Positions 48,241 through 60,600 of a stretch of 64,000 bases of DNA are shown here, piece after piece. The translations under genes and the position numbers were made by a program. A model generated the notes under the pieces. It made no database searches, was not told the origin of the DNA, and saw only the letters and a program-made list of their open reading frames with translations. Numbering within the stretch: position 1 is the stretch's first letter; each line of letters starts with the position of its first letter. This DNA comes from Cyanophora paradoxa CCMP329 (taxonomy: Eukaryota; Plantae; Glaucophyta), in NCBI GenBank assembly GCA_004431415.1, contig QPMI01000022.1, positions 372,001 to 436,000 on the forward strand, written 5' to 3'.

Positions 48241-51200
48241 ATAATAAACTTAAGCTTCAACTTAAGCTTAAGCTTCATCTTAAGCTGCCCAAAGGCTTTC
48301 CTTAAGCTTGAGCTACTATAAATCTTTTGAAGTCTACAGCGCGCACCGCACCTTCGAGTGCGCCACTTCCGTGCGTCCTTAAGCTTCATCTTATATATAA
48401 TTAAGCTTCAAGTCTTCATTTATGTACCAATTAAAGGCTTTCATCTTATAATTAAGCTTCAAGCCTTCATTTCTATAATACAATTCCGACCCGCGCCCGC
48501 TGCGCATGCGTTGTAAGCTGCAAGCCTTTAATTTCTTTATACAACATAACTTTATACAACTTGGCAATATAAATCAGCCCATAGGCTTTCCTTGAGCCAA
48601 ATCGTCTGATCATGAAGTCATAGCATTAGTGTTATTCGAGTCTATAGATATCTAGATCTCATGAACAGCAGTGACTCCTGGGCGTGGCTGGCGCCGCTGA
48701 TCGGGGGCCGGAGGCACCCTCGCCCTCGCCCTCGCCCTCGCCCTCGCCCTAACGCAACGGACCGGAAGTCTCAGCAATCTTTCTCGCCCTAATTCTCGCC
48801 CTTATCTTCGAATTCGTTCGCAGCTGGTCCTCTCCATCGGGCCCCACGGCGTCTCCTCCCAGTCCTTCTCCATCGCCGCGCCCTCGGTCCGCCGTCCGCG
48901 CAATTAGCGTTCGCGCGCCGCGCCCACTGGGCCGGGCCGGCCCGGCGCCACGCCCGCCTCTCGCCGCTGATCATGCCATAATAATCGAAGCGGATTATTC
49001 TTAATTCCTATACCGATCGGATCGTTTTGACAAGACTAAATTAAAGCATCGACCGCGCCCCCGCCCGCGCCCCACGTCTCGCCGCGGTTCCTTACTCCCG
49101 TTCGGGGCGCGCGCCTCGTCTCGCATGCGCAGTCACGCCACCAGAACCGCCACTTCGAGCTGCGGCTGACGGCTCTGGACGGCGGCGGTCCCCCCATCGA
49201 GGGCCGCATCTGGCTCTACACCCGCACCCACGGTGCCCCCGTCCGGCCCATCGGTATCGTACCCCAACGTTCTCTCACCCGGCGCGCTACGTATACAGCG
49301 CCCGTGTCGGGGCCGGGCTCGGAGGGCCAGAAGCCGAGGGCAGCCGGACGAGCGCGAGGAGCCAGCGCTTCGATCGCGAGGGCGGGCGCCAGGGAGTCCC
49401 CCAGCAGGCGGGCGCAGAATTCGAAGCTGCAGCCGGCCGTGGCGCCGGCCGGCGCCGTGTCTCCGGATTCGGAGGCCGCCACAGCTAGCGCTACAGCCGC
49501 CGGGGTACCGGTACCGGCCGCTGTCCCCCGACAGAGCCCGAGCCCGAGCCCGCGATCCCGATCCTCCGAGTCCGGATCCCCTCGCGATCGCGATCGCGAT
49601 CGTCCGGCGGCGGGTACCGGTCCCAAGGACACGTACGCGTACCCGTACAGCCGCGGCCCGGCGCCGGCCGGCGCCGCGGGCCCGAGCTCCGCCGCCGCCC
49701 TTCGAGGGCCCAGAGCCTCCGACCTCCGGGCGATCGCGATGAAGGCCGCCGGCGTTGATTTCGCGGCGCTGGCCTTTCCCTCGAGCTCCCCCTCCCCCTT
49801 CCCCCCCTGCCCCAAGACGCCGGCGCCGGCCGCGGTCGCCGGCGCCTCGGAAGACGGCGGACCGATCGCGACTTGCTTGGCCCCGGGGCCGGGTCCGGGG
49901 TTGGGGCCGCCGCCGCCGCCTCCGCCGCCGCCGTCGCCGCCGCCGCCGCCCCCCACGATCACCGCCCGCGGCTTCGACTTCCTCTTTCCCCCCGGTCCAA
50001 CGCGTTTCTCCGGATCCGGACTCCTGGGATCCGGACTCCCGGGGTCCGGATCCGGACCCGGATCCGGATCCCCCTCTCAGTCCCTCGCGATCGGCGCCGG
50101 CGCCGGTGCGGATCCGGAGGGCGGCGCGTGCGCGCCCTCGGCGGCTGCCGCGTCCTCGCGCACCTTCCACGATCGCGGGCGCGCGGTCCCCGTCGTCGAC
50201 CTCCGCACGGGTACCGAGGCTTCGAATTCCTCGGCGTCGGCGTCGGCATCGGCGCCCCGACCAGAATTCGCGGACAGCGCGAGCCCAGCGCGAGGGCCTT
50301 CAGCTTTCGCCGCCTACAGCAGCGGCGAGCGCACCTGATCGTGATCACGATCGCGAGTCGCGCGCACTGCGGCACACGCGAGGCGGCCCGCCCTCAGACC
50401 GACCCCCCCCCCCCCCCCCCCCCCCGCCCCCCCCCCCCATGGCCACCCGCAGCCCCGGCGCTCCGGATTCCTCGAGCTCCCCCCCCCCCCCCCCCCAACC
50501 CCCTGCCTCCGGATCCCTCCCCCTACCCCCTTCAGCCTGCGGCCCGGCGCGGCCGCCATCGGCACCCCTCCCTCCCCTCTTCCCCTCCACCCCCTCCTGG
50601 ATCCCGCCCCCCCCCCCCCCCCCTCCTCTCAGCTTTCCCGCCGCCCCCTACCCCCCGCCCGCGGCAGCTACTTTATCCTCGAGGACAAATCTTGGATATA
50701 TATATAGATCGATGGACCCGGCAGCTCTACATATATCTGCCTATCATAGTATATCTTTAGCTAGTTTTCTGATCTCCTACGGCTGACGAAGTAGTTTGTA
50801 TATGCATATGTATCCCGGCCCGTGCCTTATGATCATATGCATGTTCAGGTCCTCCGATCCGGTCCCTTTTGAGCTAATTTCAATTTCCCAAGTTATATAT
50901 AGCTAGTGCGCATGCTTGCAATTTGATGATGGCCTGTCATGATGCATATGTGCTTTAAATTTTCCGCTTCCCTCGCGGCCGCTTCAGAAATCGCCATCGA
51001 GTGCTTCATGCTTAGAGCTCGAGGTATGTAATTCTATGTAAGTAGTAGTTCTTTGTCTTTATCCAGTTTATGATCATGAGGAGCGCCTGACGGCCGTGCC
51101 GTGGCGGCCTAGGCCTTGCGTTTCGCTCATGAGTAGCACTAGTACTAGTGTGGTGGCCTTACGAAATTCCAGTTTTGGTAGCGTGGTATACGTGTACGTA

Positions 51201-51620
51201 GCCGATGTAGGAGCCCTACGGCAGGCCTATATATATCGCTATGCCTATCAGGCTAGGCCTATATATAGGCCAGTACTAGTAAGCTCAAGCGCGCGGCCAG
51301 AGAAAGGAGTTCGTGGTCCGATATCGAAGATCCCGGCCCGCGGCTCGGCGCCGGCGGTCCCGTATACGTACGCATTACTTGCATTGATCATCGGATTTGG
51401 TTCTGAACTTCGGAAATCGATATGCTATCCGTTTACTACGATATATATAGCTAGAGCCTGTATCGGATTCAACCCGAATTCGAAGAGGCACCTCCATGGC
51501 CAGCTGCAGGCCTCGGCGGCGGCGGCGGCGCGACGGGGCGGCGCGCCCGGCGGAGGCGGAAGGCCTCCCGCGCGGCGTCCAGCGTGTCGGTGCTGCGCAT
51601 GCGCGGCCGGGCCGTCTGTC

Positions 51621-51763
51621 GGTTAGGAGCCGGGGCGGACAGGCGGGTGGTTAGGAGCCGGGGCGGTTAGGAGCCGGGGCGGACAGGCGGGCGGTTAGGA
51701 GCCGGGGCGGGCGGGCGGGCGGTTAGGAGCCGGGGCGGTTAGGAGCCGGGGCGGTTAGGAGCC
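51621..51763. repeat. Minisatellite (GGTTAGGAGCCGGGGC-like) x7
   Basis: Copies at 51621, 51649, 51666, 51693, 51721, 51737 and 51753. Confidence 0.9.
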
Positions 51764-54266
51764 CGGCCGGGGGAGGCGAGCGGGACGGGCGAAGGGCGGA
51801 GCACCTCGGGAGGACGCCCCGACGGACGGGCAGGGGCCTCAGCGAGTCGGGGTACGCGGGCGCGGCCTCGCGCTGCCGGCGGACCTCGGCGGGCAAGGGA
51901 TCCGGACCAGACGCGAGGCCTTCCAGCTCGGAGGCGGCGCGGGCGGCCTGCGGGGCCCGCCCCGGACCCGCGTGCGCCTCCATCGCAGCGAGGGCCGAGA
52001 GGCAGAGGCGGTAGGCCGGGCCCTCGGGCCCCGGGCGGCCCGCGGCCGCCGCCAGCGCCAGCACCGCGGCGCCCGCGTCCTGCAGCAGCGCCGCGCCCAC
52101 GGCCACCGGCTCTGCCTCTTCTTTCCCCTCCTCCTCGGCCAGCGTCCGTGCGAGGCGGGCGAGGAGCGAGAGGGCGCCCCCCCACACCGCCTCGTGCTCG
52201 CTCTCGCACGCCGCGTCGTACAGGGCCGCCGCGAGGGACGCCGCGAGGCGCCCGTCGGGCGCGCGCAGGTCCGCCCGCGCCGCGCCCTCCATGAGGGACC
52301 GAACGTCCGCGAGGCGGCCCGCCTGCAGGAGCGCCCGGAGGTAGCGGCCCTGGACGTACCTGCGCGCACGAAGATCAAATTCAAATTCAAATTCGATCCC
52401 GGATCGAATTCGGATCGAATCTGGGGCACCAGGCGGCGGGCGCGTCCGGCGCCTCGGCAAAGGCTTTCTCGACGTGCTGCGCCCCGGATCAAATTTCGAG
52501 CTCGGGATCAAATCCGGATCAAATCTCTCTCTCTCTCTCTCGCGCGCGCACCTCCCAGGGGCTCTGCCGCTCGGCCAGCGCGTCAATGAGGACGGAGACG
52601 CCAAAGGAGCGCGCCGCGTCCAGCGCCAGCGCCTGGCGGCCCTCGTCAGCTCCGGATCCTCCTACTGGATTCGGAGCCGAGGGGTACACGTGCGCACCGC
52701 AATCTTGTAGGCCGACTTGGCGGCCTTGACTGCGCGAGCCGCGCCCCGGCAGATTCAGCGGGGTACGCAATTTTTCGAGGGGGAAGCGACGGGGAGGGGC
52801 GTACAGAGGGCTTCGAGGCGCCGCATGATGCCGACGAAGCGGTCCACTGCACCCGCGCCCCGCTCCAGCAGCAGAAGCGCCTGCGCCGCCTCCCGCGCGT
52901 GCGCCGCTGAGTCATAATTAGAAGCGAGCGAATTAGTCATAATTAGAAGCGAGTTAGAAGCGGACCGAGCCACCAGGAGGCGTCGCCGGCCTTGGCGAAG
53001 GCCCGGAGGCGCTCGTGGAGGCGCCGGGCGTCGTCGTCGCGCTCGGGCCCTGGCGCGCCCTCCACGCCGGCTGCCTCCAGCGCCGCCGCGAGCGAGCCGA
53101 CCGCCCCTGCTCGATTCGAAATTCCGAGTTCGTTCGAAATTCTTTCGGCGGGCGGGCGGGCGCACGGACGAGAACGAGCGCCTCGCGGTGGGAGGGCGAG
53201 AGGTAGTGCCCAGGCCCGTCGAGCTGCGCCCGCCCGCCCCGGATCAAATCTTTCCGCGCGCGCGCGTACACGGATCAAATTGCTAGGATCGGATTGCTCG
53301 CCAGGCGGGCGCAGAAGCGGACGACGCGCTTGACGGCGGCGCGGGGCAGGGCCCCCTCCTCCAGCATCCGCGGGCTCAGCTGAGCGGGGGCTTAGCCCCG
53401 GACTCAGACGGGCTCAGACGGACGCGCACGAGCTGCAGGGAGGCGCAGAGCGCGGCGCCGGCGTCCTCGAAGTCGGCGGCGCTCGGGTCCTCGTGCTCCA
53501 GCTGCCCTACGAGCGCCGCGATCGCCTGCGAGCGAGGCGCGGGTTCGAATCCGACTCGACTCGCTCAGAACTAACTTTGGGAACCTTGCGAGCCACGCGG
53601 GCGTCCCCGCAGGAGACGAGCGCCGCGACCTCGGCGCTCCGCGCGGCGCTCGTGACGCGCGTCCGCGCGAACTGCTCCAGCACGTCCCACGCCAGCTCGC
53701 GCGCCTCTTCGCCGAGCCGCTCCGCCGCGGCCGCCGAGAGCCCCGGCGCGTGCAGCGGCAGCGCGGCGGACGTCTGCGGCTCATCCGCTGCCGACGCCGA
53801 CGGCCGCGGCCGCGGGTCCAAGCGTAAGAGATAGAGGTAGAGGTAGAGAGAGAGAGAGAAAGAGGTACGGAGCACCGAGGCGCGAGAAGAGTATGAGGCC
53901 GGCGAGTTCCCGAGCCGTCCGCGCCCTCGCCGCGTCGTCGAAGGGGAGCGCACGGAACTCGCACGGTGCCGGCGGGTTACTCGGACCCGCGGGCGCCTCC
54001 CCGTCGGCCCTGCAGATGCATCGCCACAGCTGCTTGCCGCGGCGCGCCCGGTCCCGCGCGACGAGCTCGCAGACGTCCACCTGGTCGACGTCGTGGTCGA
54101 CGTCCGCCTTCCCGGCGGCCGGCTTCGAATCCGGCGCTAGCGCTGCGCTCGCTGTCGGCTGCTGCTGCGGCCCAGGCCCGCTCGCCGCCACGCTGGCGGG
54201 CTTGGCGGCGGGCCAGGGGCTCTCCTCCGGGCCAACAACTTTCTGCCGCCCGCACGCCCCTCCCAT
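51723..54266 (-). CDS. Hypothetical alpha-helical (ARM/HEAT-like) protein with MGGAC N-terminus; multi-exon
   Basis: Leu/Ala-rich helical exons (LAWDVLEQFARTRV, YLRALLQAGRLADVRSLM, ALSLLARLARTL); divergent from DHX37. Confidence 0.5.
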
Positions 54267-54620
54267 GGCGCGCCGTGCGGCGATGCTGCAGCGCAGAACT
54301 CAATCTCGCACTCCCAGCTCGTTGTAGGCCTTAGCTACGTTCTATCTACGCGAGGGCGCTGCTGACAGCGCGGAACGTGCTGAGTCAACGCATCAGCGGC
54401 GCAGTTCGGCGGTTCGAGAAGACTGGAAAGCTGAGCAGGCGCTCCTCCTGGTCAGGGGAGAAGCTGAGCTGGCTTCCTTCGCCTTGTACCCCTTCCCGGG
54501 TCACTCCCGGGTCGCTGGCCGAGCCCATCCTTGCAGCTAGCCTGACGATCGCCGGGCCGTTCGATCGACCGCGCTCGCCGCGGCGATCGCTGGCCAGCGG
54601 GACGCCGCACCCGGTCAGCC

Positions 54621-57600
54621 ATGACGAAGAAGCGTAGGAAGAGCCACGGCCATCGCGGCAACGCCGGGGGCCAATCGTCCGATGGGGAAGGCGTCGCGGA
54701 TCCTACCTCGATCCTGTCCAAGGAGCTGCAGGCCGAGCTCGGGATCACGGCCGAGTGCGCCCCGTCCCGTACGCCTCCCTCGCGATCTCGCGCGCACAAG
54801 TGCTCAAACGATGCCTTTCGTGCGCCAGATACGGCGGAGCGGGCGCTGATGTCGTGCTCTTCAAGAAGCAGAAGACGGAGGTGCGCGAGTGGTCTCGGCC
54901 TCGCGATCGCGCGCGCGTACACGCTCATGTTGACCCGCTTTAGCAGAAGGGCCGCGGATCTGATGGTGAGGAGGCGGTCCCCGTGAAGCTGAGCAAGAAC
55001 CAGATGCGCAAGCTCAAGAAGCTCGAGGTCGGCCCGCCCGTCCCGTGCGGCATACGAGCGCGCGTTTCGACCCGTTCGCCGCAGGAGGAGAAGGTTAAGA
55101 AGGAGATGCGGTCCTCGCTCTATGAAACCCTCAAGTGCGCGACCCGCACGAACATGCGCGGGATCAAATCTCTAATCGCAGCGGTTCCGCAGCAAGACGA
55201 AGCTCGGCGAAGGACAGATGAAGCTCCTGCACTCCAGCGCGCGGCGCGGCCAGGTTCGTTCGATGCGGTCCCGCCCGCCCGCCGCCTTTCGCCGCCCGCA
55301 GCTCACGCCGCCCGCAGAAAGAGACGAAGCGCGAGCAGCTGAAGCGCGCGCTGGAGGAGAGGCGCGCGGGAATCCCCCAGTCCAACCCGGAGGTTCAGCT
55401 GGAGCAGACCGTGCACCGGCCCGGCGACAGCGACGGCGAGGACGGGGAGGAAGATGAGGAAGAGAAGCCGGCCTCCGTGCCGGGCCTGAAGGAGGCGCCG
55501 GCGGAGATCCCGCTCGCCGCGCGGCCCTTCGCAACGTCGGCGCGGTCGCTGGCGCGGGCGGTGCCGGGCATCGTCCCGGCCAAAGTGTCCACGCGCAAGA
55601 GCGGCGCCGGCGGGGCCGAGGCGGGGCGCGCCCCCGAGGAGCGGACCACAGCGACCATCGCGCAGGAGGCCGGCAAGGCGGCAACGGCGGCTGCTCCGCC
55701 CGAGCCGCCGAAGCCCGCGCCGGCGCCGGCGCCGGAGAAGCCGCTCTCGAAGGCCGCGGCGAAGCGCAAGCGGCGGAAGCAGACGCTCATGTTCGCCCAA
55801 GGCGCGGGCGGAGGCGACGTGGCGGACGAGGAAGAAGCGGCGGCGACGGCCGGCGCGGAGAAGGAGGAGGTCGCCGCAGCAGCGGCCGAGGAGCCGGCCG
55901 CCCCTCCGCCGACTAAGGCGCCCGAGGCCCCTCCCGCGTCGGCGCCGGCGCCGGCGGCCGTCCGGAAGGCCTTCTGGGTCCCCGTCAACCGCCCCAAGGC
56001 CGTCCAGGTAAGCTAGCCAGCTAACTAGCAGGCCGGCCGGCTGGCTGGCTGGCTCGCTGCCTAGCCTCCCATCCATCCATATCCTTATCCCCGCCCGCTC
56101 GTCTTACGCCTTGGCCGCCCGCCCGCCCCAGGACGCGCGCATGGGCCTCCCCGTCTGCGGCGAGGAGCAGGCGGTGATGGAGGCCGTGACGGGGAGCGCG
56201 GTGACCGTCATCTGCGGCGAGACCGGCAGCGGCAAGACGACGCAGGTCCGTCCGTCCCTCCGTCCGTCTGACCGGCGTCTCCTACTGATGCTTCTTCGCC
56301 CCGCAGGTCCCGCAGTTCCTGTACGAGGCGGGCTACGGGCACCCCGACGGACGTGCGCCGGCGCCCCCGCCCCCCCGCTCCCCTCGCGATGCATAGCCCG
56401 AGAGATGCCGGCCACGGCTAGCTATGGAGGGCCGGCCTCCGCCTCCCTCGGGCGGTTCTAAGACATCTAAGACATCCAAGACATCTGGCTTACTAAGCCT
56501 GATCGCAGCGACGCCCGGGATGATCGGGGTGACGGAGCCGCGGCGGGTGGCGGCGGTGAGCATGGCGAAGCGCGTGGCGCACGAGCTCAACGTCGGCTTC
56601 GGCCGCGAGGTCGCCTACCAGGTCCGTCCGCTATCAAGTTCTTAGGCGCTCAAGGCTTGCTCGCCGCCGCGCGACGGCCGCCTACGCCTGCCTTTCTTCC
56701 CCCTCAGCCGCCGCTGACCGCCCCCGCCCCCGCCCCCGCCCCCGCCCCCGCCCCCGCCAGGTGCGGCACGACAAGAACGTGGCCCGCGAGACGCGCGTCA
56801 AGTTCATGACCGACGGCATCCTCCTCCGCGAGGTCTGTTCCACATTCTATAAAGGCTTATGTTCTTAAGCTTTGGTGGGATTTAAATGCGTGTGTGCCGG
56901 TGATGATAAAAAGGTTTTTGGTTGACCCTCCTAGTGGCGGCTCGCCGCCCTGCGGACAACAACCCGCGCTGCTGAGGCACTCCCCTAGTCGCCCCGGCCT
57001 CTTCTTTCCCCCCCTCCCGCCCCTCCCGCCCTGACACACGACGGCGGCGGCGCCCCGCCCCCCCAAATTAGATCCAGGCGGACTTCCTGCTCCGGAATTA
57101 CTCAGCCATCATCATCGACGAGGCGCACGAGCGGTCAGTCTGCCCGCCCGCCCGCCCGCCCGCGCGCCCGCCTCCCGACGCCCCTAAGCTCAGCTAAGCT
57201 TAGTGTGGTTTAATTTGTTTCCGCGCAGGTCCGTCAACACGGACATCCTCGTGGGCCTGCTCTCCCGCATCGTACCCCTGCGCGCCGAGATGGCGGCGGC
57301 CGGCGAGCAGGGCCTGTACCCCCTCCGCCTCATCGTCATGTCCGCCACGCTCCGCGTGCGTCCATCTGATCCGATCCGATCTGATCTGATCTGATCTGAT
57401 CTGATCTGATCTGATTCGGGCAGGTCGAGGACTTCGTCTCGAACCCGCGCCTCTTCCCCACCCCCCCGCCCCTCATCCGCGTGGATGCCCGCCAGTACCC
57501 CGTCACCATCCACTTCAACCGTCGTACCCCCGAGCTCGACTACGTCTCCGAGGGTACGCCGCCGTCTACTCACAGCCGTACCCACGCCGCCTCACAGCCC

Positions 57601-60600
57601 CCATCGCAGCGTACAAGAAAGTGTGCAAGATCCACAAGAAGCTGCCCCCGGGCGGCGTGCTGGTGTTCCTCACGGGCCGCAAGGAGGTCGACGACCTGTG
57701 CCGCAAGCTCCGCCGCGAGTTCGACCCGCTCCGCCTCCTCAAGAAGCGGTGCGAGTGCTTGCGGCTCTCTCTAATGCTAGGAAGCTATCCGATCTGAGGC
57801 CGGCGCCGCGCAGGGAGAAGGCCCAAGCGCGCAAGAAGCGCGCGGCGGAGGCGGCGGCAGCAGCGGCGGCGGCGGTCGAGGGCGACGGGCCTCGCGCGCG
57901 GGCGTCGTCGTCGGCGGCGTCGGCGTCGGCCGCGCAGCAGGCGCGGGACCAGGGCCCCGCGAACCCGTGGGCCGGGCTCGACGAGGACACCGACGACGAA
58001 GAAGACGGCGCGAGCGTTGAAGCAGAGGCCGCGGAGGAGGAAGAGGCTGAGCAGGAAGAGGAGGCTGAGGAAGCGCTGGAGGGGGCCCTGGAGGCGGCGC
58101 GGCGGGCCCGCGTCGGTTTCGGCAACGAGGAGGAGGACGCGGAGGAGGACGAGGGCGAGGCCGGGGGCGAAGAAGAAGAGGAGGAGGAGGAGGAGGAGGG
58201 CGAGGAGGCAGGGGGGGAGGAGGACAGCGACGCCGAGTCCGACTCGGACGCCGAGGTCCGCTGGGCTTCGCTGGGCCTCGCCCCTGCAGCTGCTTAAGCA
58301 TTAAACATCAAAGATGCCGCGCTCACCTGTCCTCGTTCGTCCCTTCAGGTCGGGCCAGTGGACGTGTCTCCCCTCTACTCGATGCTCAGCACGCGGGAGC
58401 AGCTGCGCGCCCTGCGGCCCCCACGCGAGGGGTACCGCAAGTGAGCCCGCCAAGCCAAGCTTGCTCCGCCCCGACTAGCCCACCTTACTACCCCGCGCAG
58501 GATCGTCGTCGCGACGAACGTGGCCGAGACCAGCCTCACCATCCCCGTGCGCCCCTCCCCTCCCCGCCCGCGCTGTTTACAGCGCAGCGCTCTCGCCCTT
58601 GCTCCTCCCCCCCCTCGCTCACCGCCTCCTCCACCTCCGCAGGGCATCAAGTACGTGGTGGACAGCGGCAAGGCGAAAGAGCGCGTCTACGACGGCTACG
58701 GCGGCTGCGGCCTCAGCTCCTTTGTCGTCGACTGGATATCCAAGGCCTCCGCCGACCAGGTCCGTCCGCGTTAGTTAGCTGGTTATATACATTTAGCTAG
58801 TTAGCTATTATTAAGTGAGGTTTCTCGTCCCGTTTTCGCTTTCGTTGTTCCTTGAGAACCGCGCCTTTAGTGTCTTGCCAGCGATCCTCGTGAAATGAGC
58901 CGGCAGGATGGTCCGGCAGCGGAGACCAACGGGGGCCTAGCCCTTTGGACGCGCTCTTGCCTTGCCAGCCCCGTGCCTCTCGTGGCAATTGGGGGAGGCA
59001 AACGAGCGCGGCGATATTCTATTCTGCCCCTCCCCTCCCACTCTTCTAGCATTCTTTTAATCCAGTCTTTGTCTCTACAATCTTCTTCTACCCGCCTTCC
59101 ATCTTTCCTGATCTGATCTGATCTGACCCTCCTTCTCCTCGACGCGCAGCGGGCGGGGCGGGCGGGGCGCGTCGGGCCGGGCCACTGCTACCGCCTCTAC
59201 TCCTCCGCCGTCTTCACCGGCGAGGCGCGGCTCCCCCCCCCCCCCCTGCTCGGGCTCCTCCCTCGACCCTTCCATACCCCCCCCCCCCCCCCCGCCCCTC
59301 CCCGGCCCTTCTCCCCGCGGGCCCTCCCTGACTTGAGCTTCCCGCCTCCCGCCTGCGCAGTTCCCGAAGTTCTCGGAGCCCGAGATCCTGCGCACGCCCA
59401 TCGAGGGCGTCGTCCTCCAGATGAAGTTCATGGGGTACGCATTCTATTCGAATTAATTCACGAACTCTTTCTTGAAGCATTCTCAAGCGCTTAAGCATCT
59501 CTAGCGTCTCTTTGGAGATCCGCCACCCAAACTCTCTTCTAACTTCGACTCCTCGAGCCGCTCTGACTCTGCGGGTCCCCCTCCGCGCAGGATCCAGCGG
59601 GTGACGAGCTTCCCGTACCCGACGCCGCCCGAGCGGCCGGCGACGCGCGCCGCCGTCCGCCTCCTCACCGACCTGGGCGCCCTCCAGCCCCTGCCCCGCG
59701 GGTGCGCCCCGATCGAAGACCGCGGTAGAGCCTAGAAACCAAGCGGGCGAACCCGGCCTTCTCCATTCCCGTCCTGCCTCGCTCGAACTCACGACGGCGG
59801 GGCGGGGCAGGCCCGGGGCGGCTGAGCGCGACGTGGGGGACGCGGAGGAGATCACGGCCCTCGGCCGCGCCATGGCCGGTCAGCCCATCCATCCATCCGA
59901 TCCATCCGATTCGGTCTGATTCGATCTGATTTGATCGCAGCCTTCCCCGTGTCGCCGCGCTTCGCAAAGATGCTGCTGCTGGGCTGGCGCGGCGGCTGCA
60001 TGCCCTACGCCATCGCCCTCGTCGCGCTCTTGTCCGTCCAGGTACGCAAGATAGATAGATAGGTAGACACTGGTATTGGAGACGGCGTCGTTCTTACTCC
60101 TTTCTCGCTCGCTCCAGGACCTCTTCCGGCGCGAGGCGGTCGCCGCCGAGGACGAGGCGGAGGGCGGAGGCGAGGGCGGCGAGGGCGACGGCGCGGCCGC
60201 CGCCGCCGCCGCCAAGGAGAAGGCCAAGGTCCGATCGTACTATTCTTCTAGACTGTTTGTTCTACTGCACGCGCTGAGACGGCGGGCAGCGGGAGCGGGC
60301 CGCGATGTACCGCTGGCTCCACGCCGAGAGCGACCTCCTGGGAGCCCTCCGCGCCCTCGGCGCCATGGAGCACGCGGCGGAGGGGATGGACGAGGCCGGC
60401 GTCGAGGCCTGGTGCCTCGAGAACGGCCTCCTACCAAAGGCGAGCGCGCGGATTCGATCCAAATTTGATCTCTAGATTTGATCTGATAGGCCCTCTGCAG
60501 AGCGTGAAGGAGGCGCAGGACCTGCGGGCGCAGCTCACGCGCATCGTGGGCTCGCTGTACCCCTCGCGGGCGGCCGGACTGGGCGCCCGCATGCCGGGGC

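Noticed and set aside
49133-50786. Long overlapping ORFs on both strands
   Set aside because: GC-rich low-complexity sequence open in several frames with no recognisable motif; a gene cannot be supported.
58857-59019. RNase MRP, SRP, U3 or U17/snR30 identity for the repeat RNA
   Set aside because: ACCAACGGGGGCC resembles MRP CR-V, but the partner CR-I is absent; no SRP helix-8, U3 box A or snR30 m1/m2 motifs are present.
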